Assembly (NCBI RefSeq): GCF_963921235.1 | Contig: NC_086106.1 | Coordinates: 103,788,001 to 103,852,000 of the forward strand | Length of the DNA stretch: 64,000 bases | Direction of reading: 5' to 3' | Source: Mobula hypostoma | Taxonomy: Eukaryota | Shown here: positions 24,331 to 36,692 of the stretch, one piece after another | Numbering within the stretch: position 1 is the first letter of the stretch | Layout: every line of letters begins with the position of its first letter | Made by a program: the position numbers and the translations under genes | Notes under the pieces: generated by a model | The model's database searches: none | Seen by the model: the letters and a program-made list of their open reading frames with translations, nothing else | Told to the model about the DNA's origin: nothing

Positions 24331-27300
24331 CAAGAAACAATAGATATTTGGACATGAAAGGAATCAAAGGATATGTGCACAGGGTAGAAAAATGGTGTAA
24401 TGAAAGCTCAGTTGTCAACTTACTGCATTGCAGAGTTTTCTTTTGCTCCTATTACTTACAATTTTTTTGCAAGTATTGGTCCTATTGTACAAGGCACATT
24501 AAGCCTTGCGTGCTAAAGAAATGTAAGACTGTCAAAAAGGACATTAATTTATCCAGCATATATTGCTAAATTTCACACCAAAGAATTTCTAGGCCAAGAC
24601 CTCACCACTCCTTATGATCAGAATGTTATCAATGTACTAGACCTCACTGGAGGATTCCACCAGCAATTGATTCTATTAAAGCATGAAGAAATTAAAAAGA
24701 ATTCAGTCTGCACTGAGGACAAAAGCAATTTGTTCTAAAAGGTTTAAGCAATGTAGTGGTTACAAACAGCTCAGGGATTTTACATAATTCATGCATGCTT
24801 GGGGGGAAACATTATCTGTAGGGAGGCCATAATAGGGTATTTCTAAATTTAGATTAATCTAAATACTAACAGCTCCTGCTAGACACTGAAACATCTTGAC
24901 AAAGCTACCTTTGATTGTCTCAATGTGTATTATAGTAGTAGAAGGAACTGAATACTGAATGATACAAAGCTAGAGGAAAGTAAAAAAAGGTTGAGATTAT
25001 TATATAAATTGGAAGGAAAATATTTGGAACTTCTTGCTTCTGTCGGGTCAGTGCCTATCTAAATTTACAAGTCTATGATACCTAACAGAAGTGCTCCCTG
25101 CAGGTATAAAGAAATTAACATTGTAAGTCAAGGGTCCATCTGAAGGCTATTTCTATTTTCATTTTGAATTGTGCTGTCTCTGTCCTAAGAGTACATATTC
25201 ATACTTCCCAAATCTCTCAAGATTTAACATAATTCTGTTAACAGTGATTTGAACAGATGGCACAAACTGTTATTTATATTAAATTTTGTTATGGAGAATG
25301 AAATATAGTTTAATATAATTTTATTCAGTCTACACTCAGTTCTGACTATATTCCTGATTCTCTAATAATGGATTAAATAGGATTTAGCACCCTAATCGTA
25401 CGTGCGCTACAACAGCACGAAGGTAAGGTGTTCTGACTATTCTTCTTAGACTCCATGTGCAGCAGCAGGGTTGCCATCACAAATCACAAAATTTATGGCT
25501 GTGGAGAAGAAGAAATCCAGAGGAAATTTCTATCAATAGAAGTACAACAAAAACAGTCTGATTAAATAGAGCAAAGTCCCAAGCATGAAACACTGCACAA
25601 CCATTTCAAGTGGATTGGCACGTATCAGAATTATGACTGTCACATCTGGAATTGTTTGACAATAGCCAAGTGCTTCATTGGGTTGACTGATGTCTCCCTC
25701 ATAATTTGGAATCTGACTTCAGTTTTTTGTGGCTCAACCTCCTGTTACAAGACCCACAACATGTCTTTGCTACTGCCAGACCATTTCTAATTCAGGGATT
25801 ACTGACTTCAATGCATAATATGGATATGTAGTGGGCTATTGCAATTATCTGCCCTATGACCTTGGATAGACCAGTTTGTAGCAGATCAGTTGCTTCTGTT
25901 TTTGTGAACTTCATATCAATTTGAAGATGTATATGTTTGTTTTTTGAATTTCCTTATAACTTCTTGTTTACAGAATATCTGTGATGTGACTTTGAACAGG
26001 CATGTCTGCAAAAGCATCAATTGATCTGTTATATCTGAAGCTCTTTCAATCCCTTTACCACACCCGAGCAATCAAAATAGTAATGGTCACCAAAAAGAGA
26101 TATTTTTTTACAGATCTTCCCGTTATTTCACTTGGTCTGTGGATATTTATTAATCTATAACCTTTTCAACTCATGTTGCTGTATCACTCAGTAGGAAACT
26201 GGCATCAAATATTTGTTGTGTTTCAGTAGAGCAAAGTTTTTAAAGTAAAGGTTCAAAGGGCAGATTTCTCTGAGTTTGTTTCAAGTCTCATTGTATCAAT
26301 CTGATTACAACAAATAATAGTAGGTCAGCCAGACATGTGAGATGATGTGCTTTTATATAAATCTACCCAATCTTCTTTCCATTTAAATTTCAGAGTGTTT
26401 GGACTCAACAAACAGAAGAAGATCTCCTTTAAAGTGTTCCCAGTTGCAATTTATTTTGCACTCTCAATGGGATATCTTATTATGTAGTATTGAATGTCAG
26501 ATTAGTTTGCAGTTTATTTCATTCAAGTAGTGATTAACATATAAATCTCTTGATGGCGTGAATAGGAATTTAAATCCAAAAGCTAAATCCTGAACACTCA
26601 AGTTTATGGCCACAAATCAACTGTAAATTATCACTTAATTTTTATGAAATGTTTTTAGTTCAGGTTAGGCTAATTATTTTGTTTAGAATCCATGAATTAC
26701 ACAATTCACTCTTGCTATTAATTTCTGTGATTACTGACACCACGGGCTGCCAATATAAACAATTTATAGAGCATGGAGTTATAGAACAATACAGCAGAGA
26801 AACAGGCTCTTCAACTCATTTAGTCCATGCTGAGCAATTATTTTGCCTAGTCCCATCAACCTGCACCCAGACCATAGCCTTCCATACCCCTCCTATGCAT
26901 GTAGCTCGCCAAACTTCTCTTAAGTGTTGAAACAACACACATCCACCACTTCTGCTGGCAGCTTACTCTACACTCTCACCACCTCTGAGCAAAGAAGTTC
27001 CCTCTCATATTTCCACTAAGTATGTAATTATAGAAAAAGTTTTAATGAATTTAATTCCCCCCACCCAGACATTTCCTGAAACATTTCTTTTCCTTACGAC
27101 AAGTTTCCACCTCAGTTTAAATTAGGGCATCGTGAGTGCAAACTGATAACGTTCTTTATTAAGTTCTTAACTCGTTTCATCACAGAGAGCTTCATTGAAT
27201 GCATTGAAAACATTTTCTGGCAATAAAAAACAATCATATGATTTAGATCTGGAATAGGATGGTAGCCTGATTTTCTACCCCAACACCACCTTCCTTGGAC

Positions 27301-28559
27301 CACCAACCCTAAACATTCTCATTCCATAGGACCACTCCAGCAGTGATCAGCTAAGTTAGGAAATAATGTCCAGGAATTGTAATACATAAATGCTGCATAT
27401 AGTGTCACAACCCAATTGGGTGATCTGCAAATTTTTTAAAAATTGTGAAGAAACAGGTTAACAAATATCAGAGCAATTTTCATGTTGAATCAAGCACAGA
27501 ACCTTCAACTGCATGTTTCCCATACCAACTATCAGCAGAGCATGCTGTTATCATATTATTGACACCTGATTCCTGGGAAGGCAGACATAAATATTTTAAT
27601 CAAATTTCCATTTTCCATTAATACTCCATTACAACTAACAATGTGGAAAATCTACAAAAGGTTATTCTGAACTTTTGACACAATAAAAAAACTGTGCGAC
27701 CTTAATCTCATAAGATATCATGCAGACATCAATGTTATCATTTGATTTACTGTGGTGCAATAAAGTCAAATAAATACAGTAAAGTTCTGGACTTGGCAAT
27801 GTAATGTTTCCTGGACTACATCAACTCTACATTTCTCCAGAGGCTAACCCAGTAAGAAACCATTTGCTTTCACAAATCAATTGGTCAACTCATAAATGTC
27901 AATTTTGACTGTGAGACTCCAAAGGTTTAATGTGTTACATTTGATGTTACATGCGTGAAAATGCAAGATTTGCTATTTCCTTTCTATCAATGTCCCACTG
28001 AGCAGTTTGGATCTTGGAACCTATTCAAATATTCCTTCAATAACTTGGTGATTAACCTGCACAAATCACTGGACAGCAATTTTTTTCAAAGTGTTGCTTC
28101 CTCATAATTTCTTTTTTTTTGATTATGATAACTGCTTGAAGCTGAACACAAATATAACTTCAGACTACTTGTATCACATAGGAATTTGGAGAAATAGGAA
28201 ATTGACTTTTATTGAATATAATGCATTTTATTGCATAATGGTGCTCAGACTTCGTAATCATTCAACTAAGCTAAAAATGCTTTTTTGATGATTTTCATTT
28301 GTACTCAGCATCTGAGGCTTCTCACTTACAATAATCAGTAAATTTTGAATTGTCCCATTCAGGTCTAAAGATTTAATTGCTGTGGAAGATCTCTTACTCT
28401 TCAGGAATAACATCTTTCCTGACAAGGGAGTTCACTCTGCTTGGCAGGTGAGAGTTGTGGCTGTGAAAACAGTTTCTGAGGCCTCCATGCTGGTTGTAAG
28501 ATTTGACTCTCACCTGAAAGAAGTGATCCTGACAGCGGTGGATGCCCTTCTCCTTTTCA

Positions 28560-29845
28560 CAGCTTTTCTTTCTGGACCTACTTTGATCCTGGCTTCTCTC
28601 CCAGTCCTGACTTCTTTCTCTTTCTTTATCCAGTTTTTTACTTTTTCTTCTTTCTGTGATGTGTACCTGGATCTTGGGAAGGTCCATTTAGTTCACTGGA
28701 GTATTCTCTTATTAATCCTTATATTGCTCCCTTTACAATCTGATCTCTCCTCTTGGTTTCCTCATTCACAACATCATAGAAACACAGAAACATAGAAAAT
28801 AGGTGCAGGAGTAGGCCATTCGGCCCTTTGAGCCTGCACCGCCATTTATTATGATCATGGCTGATCATCCAACTCAGAACCCCTCCCCAGCCTTCCCTCC
28901 ATACCCCCTGACCCCCGTAGCACAAGGGCCATATCTAACTCCCTCTTAAATATAGCCAATGAACTGGCCTCAACTGTTTCCTGTGGCAGAGAATTCCACA
29001 GATTCACCACTCTCTGTGTGAAGAAGTTTTTCCTAATCTCGGTCCTAAAAGGCTTCCCCTCTATCCTCAAACTGTGACCCCTCGTTCTGGACTTCCCCAA
29101 CATCGGGAACAATCTTCCTGCATCTAGCCTGTCCAATCCCTTTAGGATCTTATACGTTTCAATCAGATCCCCCCTCAATCTTCTAAATTCCAACGAGTAC
29201 AAGCCCAGTTCATCCAGTCTTTCTTCATATGAAAGTCCTGCCATCCCAGGAATCAATCTGGTGAACCTTCTTTGTACTCCCTCTATGGCAAAGATGTCTT
29301 TCCTCAGATTAGGGGACCAAAACTGCACACAATACTCCAGGTGTAGTCTTATCAAGGCCTTGTACAACTGCAGTAGTACCTCCCTGCTCCTGTACTCGAA
29401 TCCTCTCGCTATAAATGCCAGCATATCATCTGACATATCCCCTGCTTTTGTATCTCCATTGACTCTTTTCTGTTTGGTCTTCCACTCTCCCAGCTGGGCT
29501 TTAGTCTTTCTATCTACCTTTACAAGCAGATGTTTGTCTCCCAGTTGAAATTCATGCAAAAATCTTAATGCACACAAAGTAGATTCTGGTTCTTTAAACT
29601 CACAAAAGCTAAATGCTTGCTATTTTCCTAAAGCTCCTTGAACTCTCTTCCATCTTAAAACCAATCCATATTTCACAAGCAACTGCCTGATTAACATATC
29701 AGAAGCTTTCTCAGATATGTTGCCTACAAAATACTGTTGAAGTCAGACCACTGCTTTCGTCACTTTCATGATTCCTTTGAAGAGCATGGTCCTTTCTTTG
29801 TCCAACATGCTTTCCAGCTAGAGGTACAGAAGTTGGCACCAACAC
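28560..29845 (-). pseudogene. RBM25: Processed (retro) pseudogene of RNA-binding motif protein 25
   Basis: VLVPTSVPLAGKHVGQRKDH...TVF/VGNISEKASDMLIRQLLVKYGLVLRWKRVQGALGK*QAFSFCEFKEPESTLCALRFLHEFQLGDKHLLVKVDRKTKAQLGEWK...[CR1]...EETKRRDQIVKGAI*GLIREYSSELNGPSQ..HRKKKK, then an RS/RE-rich piece. No introns; one frameshift and several stops. Confidence 0.9.
28778..29424 (-). mobile_element. Young CR1 3' fragment inserted in the RBM25 retrocopy
   Basis: MLAFIARGFEYRSREVLLQLYKAL..HLEYCVQFWSP; (TTTCTATG)n-type tail; ATCAT on both sides (28773-28777, 29425-29429). Confidence 0.92.
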
Positions 29846-29950
29846 CTGTTTAACCTCTGTTGGGCCATGGTTTAAGGTGTACAGCATGGGGACAGTTGCT
29901 GCATTACTCAGCACCTTTCTTAATTTGCTTTCAATTGAGTCTATTACAGG

Positions 29951-30046
29951 AGCACACACACAAAATGCTGAAGGAACTCAGAAGGCCAGGCAGCATCTAT
30001 GGAAAAAAGTACAAAAAACGTTTTGGGCTAAAGCCCTTCGGCAGGA
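29951..30046 (-). mobile_element. 96-bp Penelope-derived insertion with hammerhead-like core and TSD
   Basis: TSD CTATTACAGG (29941-29950, 30047-30056); rc tcCTGCCGAagggctttagccc.AAAAcgt. Confidence 0.8.
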
Positions 30047-30056
30047 CTATTACAGG

Positions 30057-31680
30057 GGATGTAGCATGCAAATGGTGGATGGATTTTCTATCAAGTTGTA
30101 GTTATCTAAGTCAATCACATCTCCACAATGCTGGCACTCCTGTTTTTAACACATACGAGCCCAATACAACATTTTGGTTGTTGTATTTCACAGTTACAAA
30201 TGTTATTCCCACAGGAGTTATCTTCAGCATAAATTCTTAGTTGGATATCTGCAGGCTTCAGTTCAGAATCTTTGACATGCCATTCAAACTCATTTTGTAG
30301 AATGACTGAAACAGCCGAGCCAGTGTCCAACTCCATTTTCATTATTTTTTTGTTCTCTTTGGTGTAAGCCATATTGCTTCTCTATTGGTAGTTTTCATAT
30401 TGTAAATCTCAAGGCTATTCAGTCCTGAGTCACTCTCATCATTGTCCTGTTTTTCATCAACATCATGCATATTAGTGCTCTTTTTGAAACTACAACTTGA
30501 CTTTTTCTCTTTTTCTCTTCTCCATACAGTCCATTTTTTGTCTGCCAATATAATCTTTGTATGTGTCCTGCTTTGTTGCATTTTCTGCAGGTTTTGCCTT
30601 TAAACCTACATTGGTCTGGTGTGTGTGAGCCCTTCCCACAGCAGTAACAGAATTTGTTCAGCCAGGCCAGTCTCTGTTTAGACACTGCAGTTTTACTCAC
30701 ACTCACTTTAATTCCTGACTGCAACTCAATTGCATTTCTGTCTGCTGTTTGCATTGATACAGTAATTTCAACTATGCTTTTATTTGTAACTTGTGTTTTA
30801 ATTAGGAGCCAGATTTCAATGCTTTCATGTAACATTCCACAAAGTAATTGTCCCCTCAGTGCATCTTTAAGCTCATTACTGAGCTAACAGTACTCAGACT
30901 ATCTCTTCAATTCAGCCATGTACACTGAAATGGATTTCCCTTCCTTTTGATTCGCTTATGAAACCTAAAGCACTCTGCAATCACCATGGTTTCAGTTCTA
31001 AATGATCATGCATTACTTTTACGATATCGGCAAAACTCATTTCGGCTGGTTTGGTTGGAGCATTCAAACTCCTAAGCAAACTGTATGCATTTAAACCCAA
31101 TGCACTCAGAAAAATTGGTACTTGTTTCTCATTGGTCATTCCATTTGCTTTAAAATACTGTTCAATTCATTCAGTATACAAAATCCAGATATCTGTTACG
31201 TTATTGAATGCATCAAACTTTCCAATGTAGCCAGCCACTTCTGCTCGCTTTTCTTTTATGATAATTATCACCAGGTACTCATTGTTTAGGAACCTGTGAA
31301 TCTGATCCCTATTCTGCCTTTTTTTTTTTAACTTAATTGTATCTTTCCTTCCAAGGAACATGTACTGTGCTGCTTCTTTTTTAGCGCAAATTTCTGGCTT
31401 AGATTCAACAGGTAGGTAGTCATCTTGGGTTCATTTTTAAAAAAACCTCATTGACACTGTTATGTTTTGTGCAATCAAGCACATTATTTGATTAAAAGAA
31501 AGACATTCGAGTCCAGAATGTGAGTTTAACTCCATTCTTTACATTAAGTGAGGTGCGCACATATCACATGGAAGCATCATGATGTGACAATTCACATATT
31601 TTTACATATAACCTGTAGTGAATTATTTAAGCATCAAGCAATATATTTACAATATTACCCAAATATTACTGAAATAGTAA
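30057..31680 (-). mobile_element. Gypsy 5' LTR + gag + protease remnant (same family as 12285-17105)
   Basis: VAGYIGKFDAF..DIWILYTE; zinc knuckles CYCCGKGSHTPDQC / CRKCNKAGHIQ; protease MELDTGSAVSVI; LTR-like ~31460-31680. Confidence 0.85.
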
Positions 31681-31714
31681 ATGGACATTATTAATCTCAT
31701 TGCTTTAATCTCAT

Positions 31715-32624
31715 TGACAACAACAATGAGACGGTCTACAGAGTGGAACTGGCAGAGCCTGAGGCCTGGTGCCGGGCAAATAACCTCTTCCTCAATGTCA
31801 AAAAGTCATTGATTTCAGGAGAACTCACACCACTCGCACCCCTCTTTACACTGGTGGCACAGCCGTGGAAACTGCAAGCAGCTTCAAACCCCTGGGAGTG
31901 GACATCTTGCACAACCTCTCACGGTCCCAGAATACATCATACGCAATCAGGATAGCTCAACAACTCCTCTACTTTCTGAGGAGGCCGAAGAGAGCTGGAC
32001 TGTGCATATCTATACTCATGCCCTTCTACAGATGTGGAGTAGAGAGCATCCTAACATGCTGCATCACTGCATATTACAGAAACTAAACTGCGACGGACAA
32101 GAAGGCTCTGCAATGGATGGCCAAAACTGCAATGCTTCACAGGCACCAGCCTACTCACCACCAAGAACATATATGCAGAAAGTGCTAGAAAAGGACCAGT
32201 AACATCATGAAGGATCCCACCAACCCCACTCATGAACTGTTTGTTCCACTTCTATCAGGGAGGAGGTTACATAGCATCCACGCCTGGACGACCAGACTCA
32301 AATACAATTATTTTCCATAAGCAGTAATGCTGATCAACACCTCCAACCACTAACCCACCCCTCCCCACACCCAACCACCACTCCTTTATCATTTCCTAAC
32401 AGAGTCACCTTATGTACAGACACTCCTGTGTCGAGTGTTGCTTGATGGACTTACAATTAACGTATGTATATAATCTATCTTATGTATTTTGTATTTATGG
32501 TGGATTTTTTTATTACTGCGTTCTTTTTGTTATTGTGTATATTTTGCTGCATCAGACCTGGAGTAACAATTATTTCATTCTCCTTTATACTTATGTACTG
32601 GAAATGACATTAAACAGTCTTGAA
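31715..32624 (+). mobile_element. Rex1/Babar LINE 3' fragment
   Basis: WCRANNLFLNVKK, FYRCGVESILTCCITA. Confidence 0.85.
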
Positions 32625-34254
32625 TAAGATGTCACGCAGATATCAAAGTGATCAATTGATTTACTGTAGTGCAAGAGTCAAATAAATGCAGTAAAATTCT
32701 TGTTCAGAAATGTAATGCTGTTTGTTATCAAAAATATGAGTAAACTCTTCCAGCTCATGCCGGGACCCTTACCACCACTCAGTTCATGACCATCACTCCC
32801 TTCCTGCACAGCTCTCTTCCCAGCAGACTTACAACCAATTTCATCACTGACCGATTCCCACTTCCAATCTCAGGCCTTACCTTCACCCCTTTCAACTGGG
32901 CCACTCTTTCCTCTCACAGACCCATTCCGGTTTCCGCTGTCGGAAATGATTAATCATGGAAAGAAAGGATCTCCAACTGCTCCTCAGTAAACAACATTTT
33001 TGTTGTCATGCTGAAATTTGCTGTACTCCTTAACCAAAGCATTCACAGGCCAACTACACATTGTTTGTTGTGCCTTTACAGATCTGTTCATATTTTTTCT
33101 AAGCCAATTTCATTTTACCTAAAGGACTGTACTGCCAACTCAAGTCAAATATGCATTCTAAAGACATTCATTAGCAACCCAATTGTCTAATTCAAAGTTA
33201 TTTCATTTTTGATTTGCTGTTTTAGGCATGAACTGAATCTAAACCCCACAGGGCTGATGTTCATTTGCTTGTCCACGCTAAACAACATAGTAACAAAACC
33301 AAATCTACCAAGGTACACTTATACTTAATGCCCAGTCCCTAGGAATACTGCTTCCTGATGGAAATGATGATATGAATGGTGAAGTGATTTGACCAAGCAT
33401 TGGGAGGCACACAAAGTTCTAACCACAAATATATATGTACATCCATGGAATTCCATCTTTTCATCCATCTTTGCTCTTTAAACATTGATTTCCAATTTTT
33501 TTTTATTGTACTTCAATAATATTTGTCTCCAAATTTAATCTCTCTGCTATTTTTTCATTTAATTTAATTTAATTATTTTCTATTATTTAAATATTTTTTC
33601 ATTTCATTATTTTCAACTATTATTTTTACTTCAATGTTAAAATTAACTTCAAATAATACCTAAGCAGAACCATTGATAAGTCAAATTAAGTGCATAAAAC
33701 TATAATTAAGAATGTACCCATTTTCAATACAAGTCGCTGAGTTATTAGGATTGTGATTACCCTGGATTCTTTGATTGACTTTATGTCCACTCTTTCATTT
33801 TACTGACAAGGCACTATAGTTCTTGGCGAATAATTTAGTCTCGTCAATAAGCAGACACTTTACAGAGTTGAATTTGTGTAAGTTTAAACTGTACGATTTA
33901 CTCAGACATTTTCAATTTACCAACCATCTAAACTTGCTGATCTAATCTGATTTTAATTCAGAAAGCATATGCAATGAAGTGTAACTAAATTTTAAACTCA
34001 TTTCTAATATGAAGATAAAATATCACTGCCTGGAAATTGGGTTGTGAGGTGAAGAGCCATTTTAAATGTGTTTCATGATTCAATTCCAATAAAAGATCAT
34101 TCACAAAGGGGGAAAAAATGTCTCGCTGTGAGTACCACAGAGTATGATTTTTCTTGCAGGTCCTCTGAGTATCTGACATTGCAATGAACAGCGGAGCCCA
34201 TGCATACACAGTGCTATCCAAAAGAATCAGAATCAGGTTTATTCTCCAGCATCG

Positions 34255-34410
34255 AAACCAAAAAACAAACTGGTGGAGGAACTCAGTGGATCAGAGAACA
34301 TCTGTAAAATGCTCCACTGGCCCCTCCCCAGACACGGCCTGACCCACTGAATTCCTCTAGCAGTTTGCTTTATTCTCCATATTTCCAGCACCTGTGGTCT
34401 CTTGTATCTC
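34255..34410. mobile_element. Older fold-back mini-Penelope
   Basis: caaactggtggaggaactcagtggatcag ... ctgacccactgaattcctctagcagtttg form imperfect inverted arms. Confidence 0.55.
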
Positions 34411-34954
34411 CTGTATTGGAAGGACAGCTTCCAACAGGAATCACCTATTCACAGATCGCCAAATGGCTGAAAGAATTTTTTTATGTGAATCTTTACACCA
34501 AAGTAAGGACTTCCAGAAAGCCTCAAAGCAGGAATGCTTGTTCCAGAAATTAAAGGTACCTCAGTGTGTGTATACTGAAAAAAATGCATACCATGCATTT
34601 TGAGAACTTCATGTTAATCTCCATAGGATTGGTATTGTTAAGCATAAAGGGACCTGCATTATTTTTCTAATAAACTAATGAAACAACGAAGTTATGAGGG
34701 GACTGTTCAGCTGTGGTACATTGGAAAAGAGCATTAAAGAGAATTAGAGTGGAAAGGCCACTAAGAGCTATTCTCTTTGCTTTCTCAAGACCGACCAAGG
34801 ATAGCTATTACATGCTGATCTTTCAAAAATGCCCATATCCTGTTAGTAACCAAAATTAAGAAGGAACTAAAATCCTTACACCAGTAAAAATCTTCGTATT
34901 AGCACTTGAAGCAAAATCAAACTATCAAAAATGTAAATTAACATGAAAGACTCA

Positions 34955-36090
34955 CCAGTGTATGAGGCTTTCTCTACATTGGTGAGACCTGACATAAATT
35001 GGGGGACCACATTATCGAGCACCTCCACTCCAACTGCCAAACGCATAGAGAAGCAACACCTCATATTCTGTTTAAGGAGACTCCAATCTAATGGCATGAA
35101 TATTGATTTCTCATTCCAGTAACTTCTTAATTATTATAACTTTATTTCTTTTTCCCCTCCTCCTTCAAACGTCTTTGATTCCCCACTCTGGCCTCTCACC
35201 TCTTCTCCTCACCTGTCTATCACTTCCCCCGGTACCCCTCCTTCTTCCCTTTCTCCCATAGTCCACTTTCCTTTCCTATCAGTTTCTTCCTCTCCAGCCA
35301 TCGACCCACCTGGCTTCACCTATCACCTTCTAGATTGTCCTCCTTCCTCTCTCTCCATCTTCTGCTGTCTTCCCACTTCCTACCCAGCCCTGTTAAATGG
35401 TCTCGGCTGAAGCGTTGACTCGTTATTCATTTTCATACCTGCTGCCTGAGTGCTGAGTTCCTGCAGCATTTTGTGTGTGTTGCTCTGGGTTTCCAGCATT
35501 TGCAAAATCTCTTGTGAACATGAAAGTCTATTAATTCATCCAATCTATACCAAAACCATATTGACTAACACACACAAAATACTGGCAGAACTCAGCAAGA
35601 CAGGCTGCAGTTACGGAGGAATGTAAACTGTTGACGTTATGGACTGAGACCCTTCATCAGGACGGGAACGGATGGGGCAGAAGCTAGAAGATGAGGGGAG
35701 GGGGGAAGTGGGTCAAACTTGGAAGTGATAAGTGAGACTACGTAAGGGATAGGTGGGTGGAGGGGAAGGGAAGGAAGTTGCCTGATAGAAGAGGACAGTG
35801 GGCCATGGTAAGAGAGGAATCAGAATGAGGAATGATAAAAGAGAGAAGGGCAATGGCATTAGGTTGGAAGTTACCTAGATGAAATATGAGTTGTTTCTCC
35901 TCTAACCTGAGAGTTTCCACATCGTGGCAATAGAGGAGGCCATGGACTGGCATGTCAGAATGCGAATGGGAATGAGAGGCCACCAGAAAATCCTGCCTTT
36001 TGTGGTGGACAGAGTGATGGTGTTCAATGAAGCAGTGCCCCAATCTACGTCAAGTATCACCATATAGAGTAGGCCACACCAGGACCATCA
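34955..36090. mobile_element. Two old Penelope 3' fragments in inverted orientation (+ ~34955-35515; - ~35567-36090)
   Basis: GIY-YIG tail remnants (YIGET..KLGDH, LEEKQLIFHLG..QPN) plus pseudo-LTRs with degenerate hammerhead cores. Confidence 0.7.
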
Positions 36091-36692
36091 GACTATTGAC
36101 TAATCTCCCTTGTGATAACTCGGAGTTGCTGTGGATCTCATGTCTTGCTTGACCCACTACTTCTGAACAATGCCCCCTCACCATGGTTGCAGATGCTGGT
36201 GGAAGACTGAAGATACGTAGCTGGGAAGCTCAATATTGAGCAGCACTGCCCCAAAGTGGTCCATAAGTAAACTGTACCATCTTAACATAAAGAACACTAA
36301 TGTCAGCCACTGGTTGACGGACAGCTGTAATGATAACACCACAATCATCCTACAATAGTCAATTAGCACACCACAAAATTATTGTACTCACCCAGGGTTA
36401 TACTTCAGTTGTTATGGGACAGACCATTGGTATTTTATAATGTATAAATTGCTATTTAAGCACTAGAATCCAAGATGAGTACAGTCTGCATTTATATGAG
36501 TGTAAGTTGAGGTTAGATAGTGGAACAAGTGATCAACTGTAGCAAATTGGGTTATTTCTGCCTACGTTGCACTGGAAGAAGGGACTTCAGTTATTGAAAG
36601 TTCAAGTACATTTGTGGAGCTGGTCACCACACACATGTTAGGAATGAGTGGTACTGAGTTTCATGTAAAGTAATATGTAAGTTAAGAGCTAT

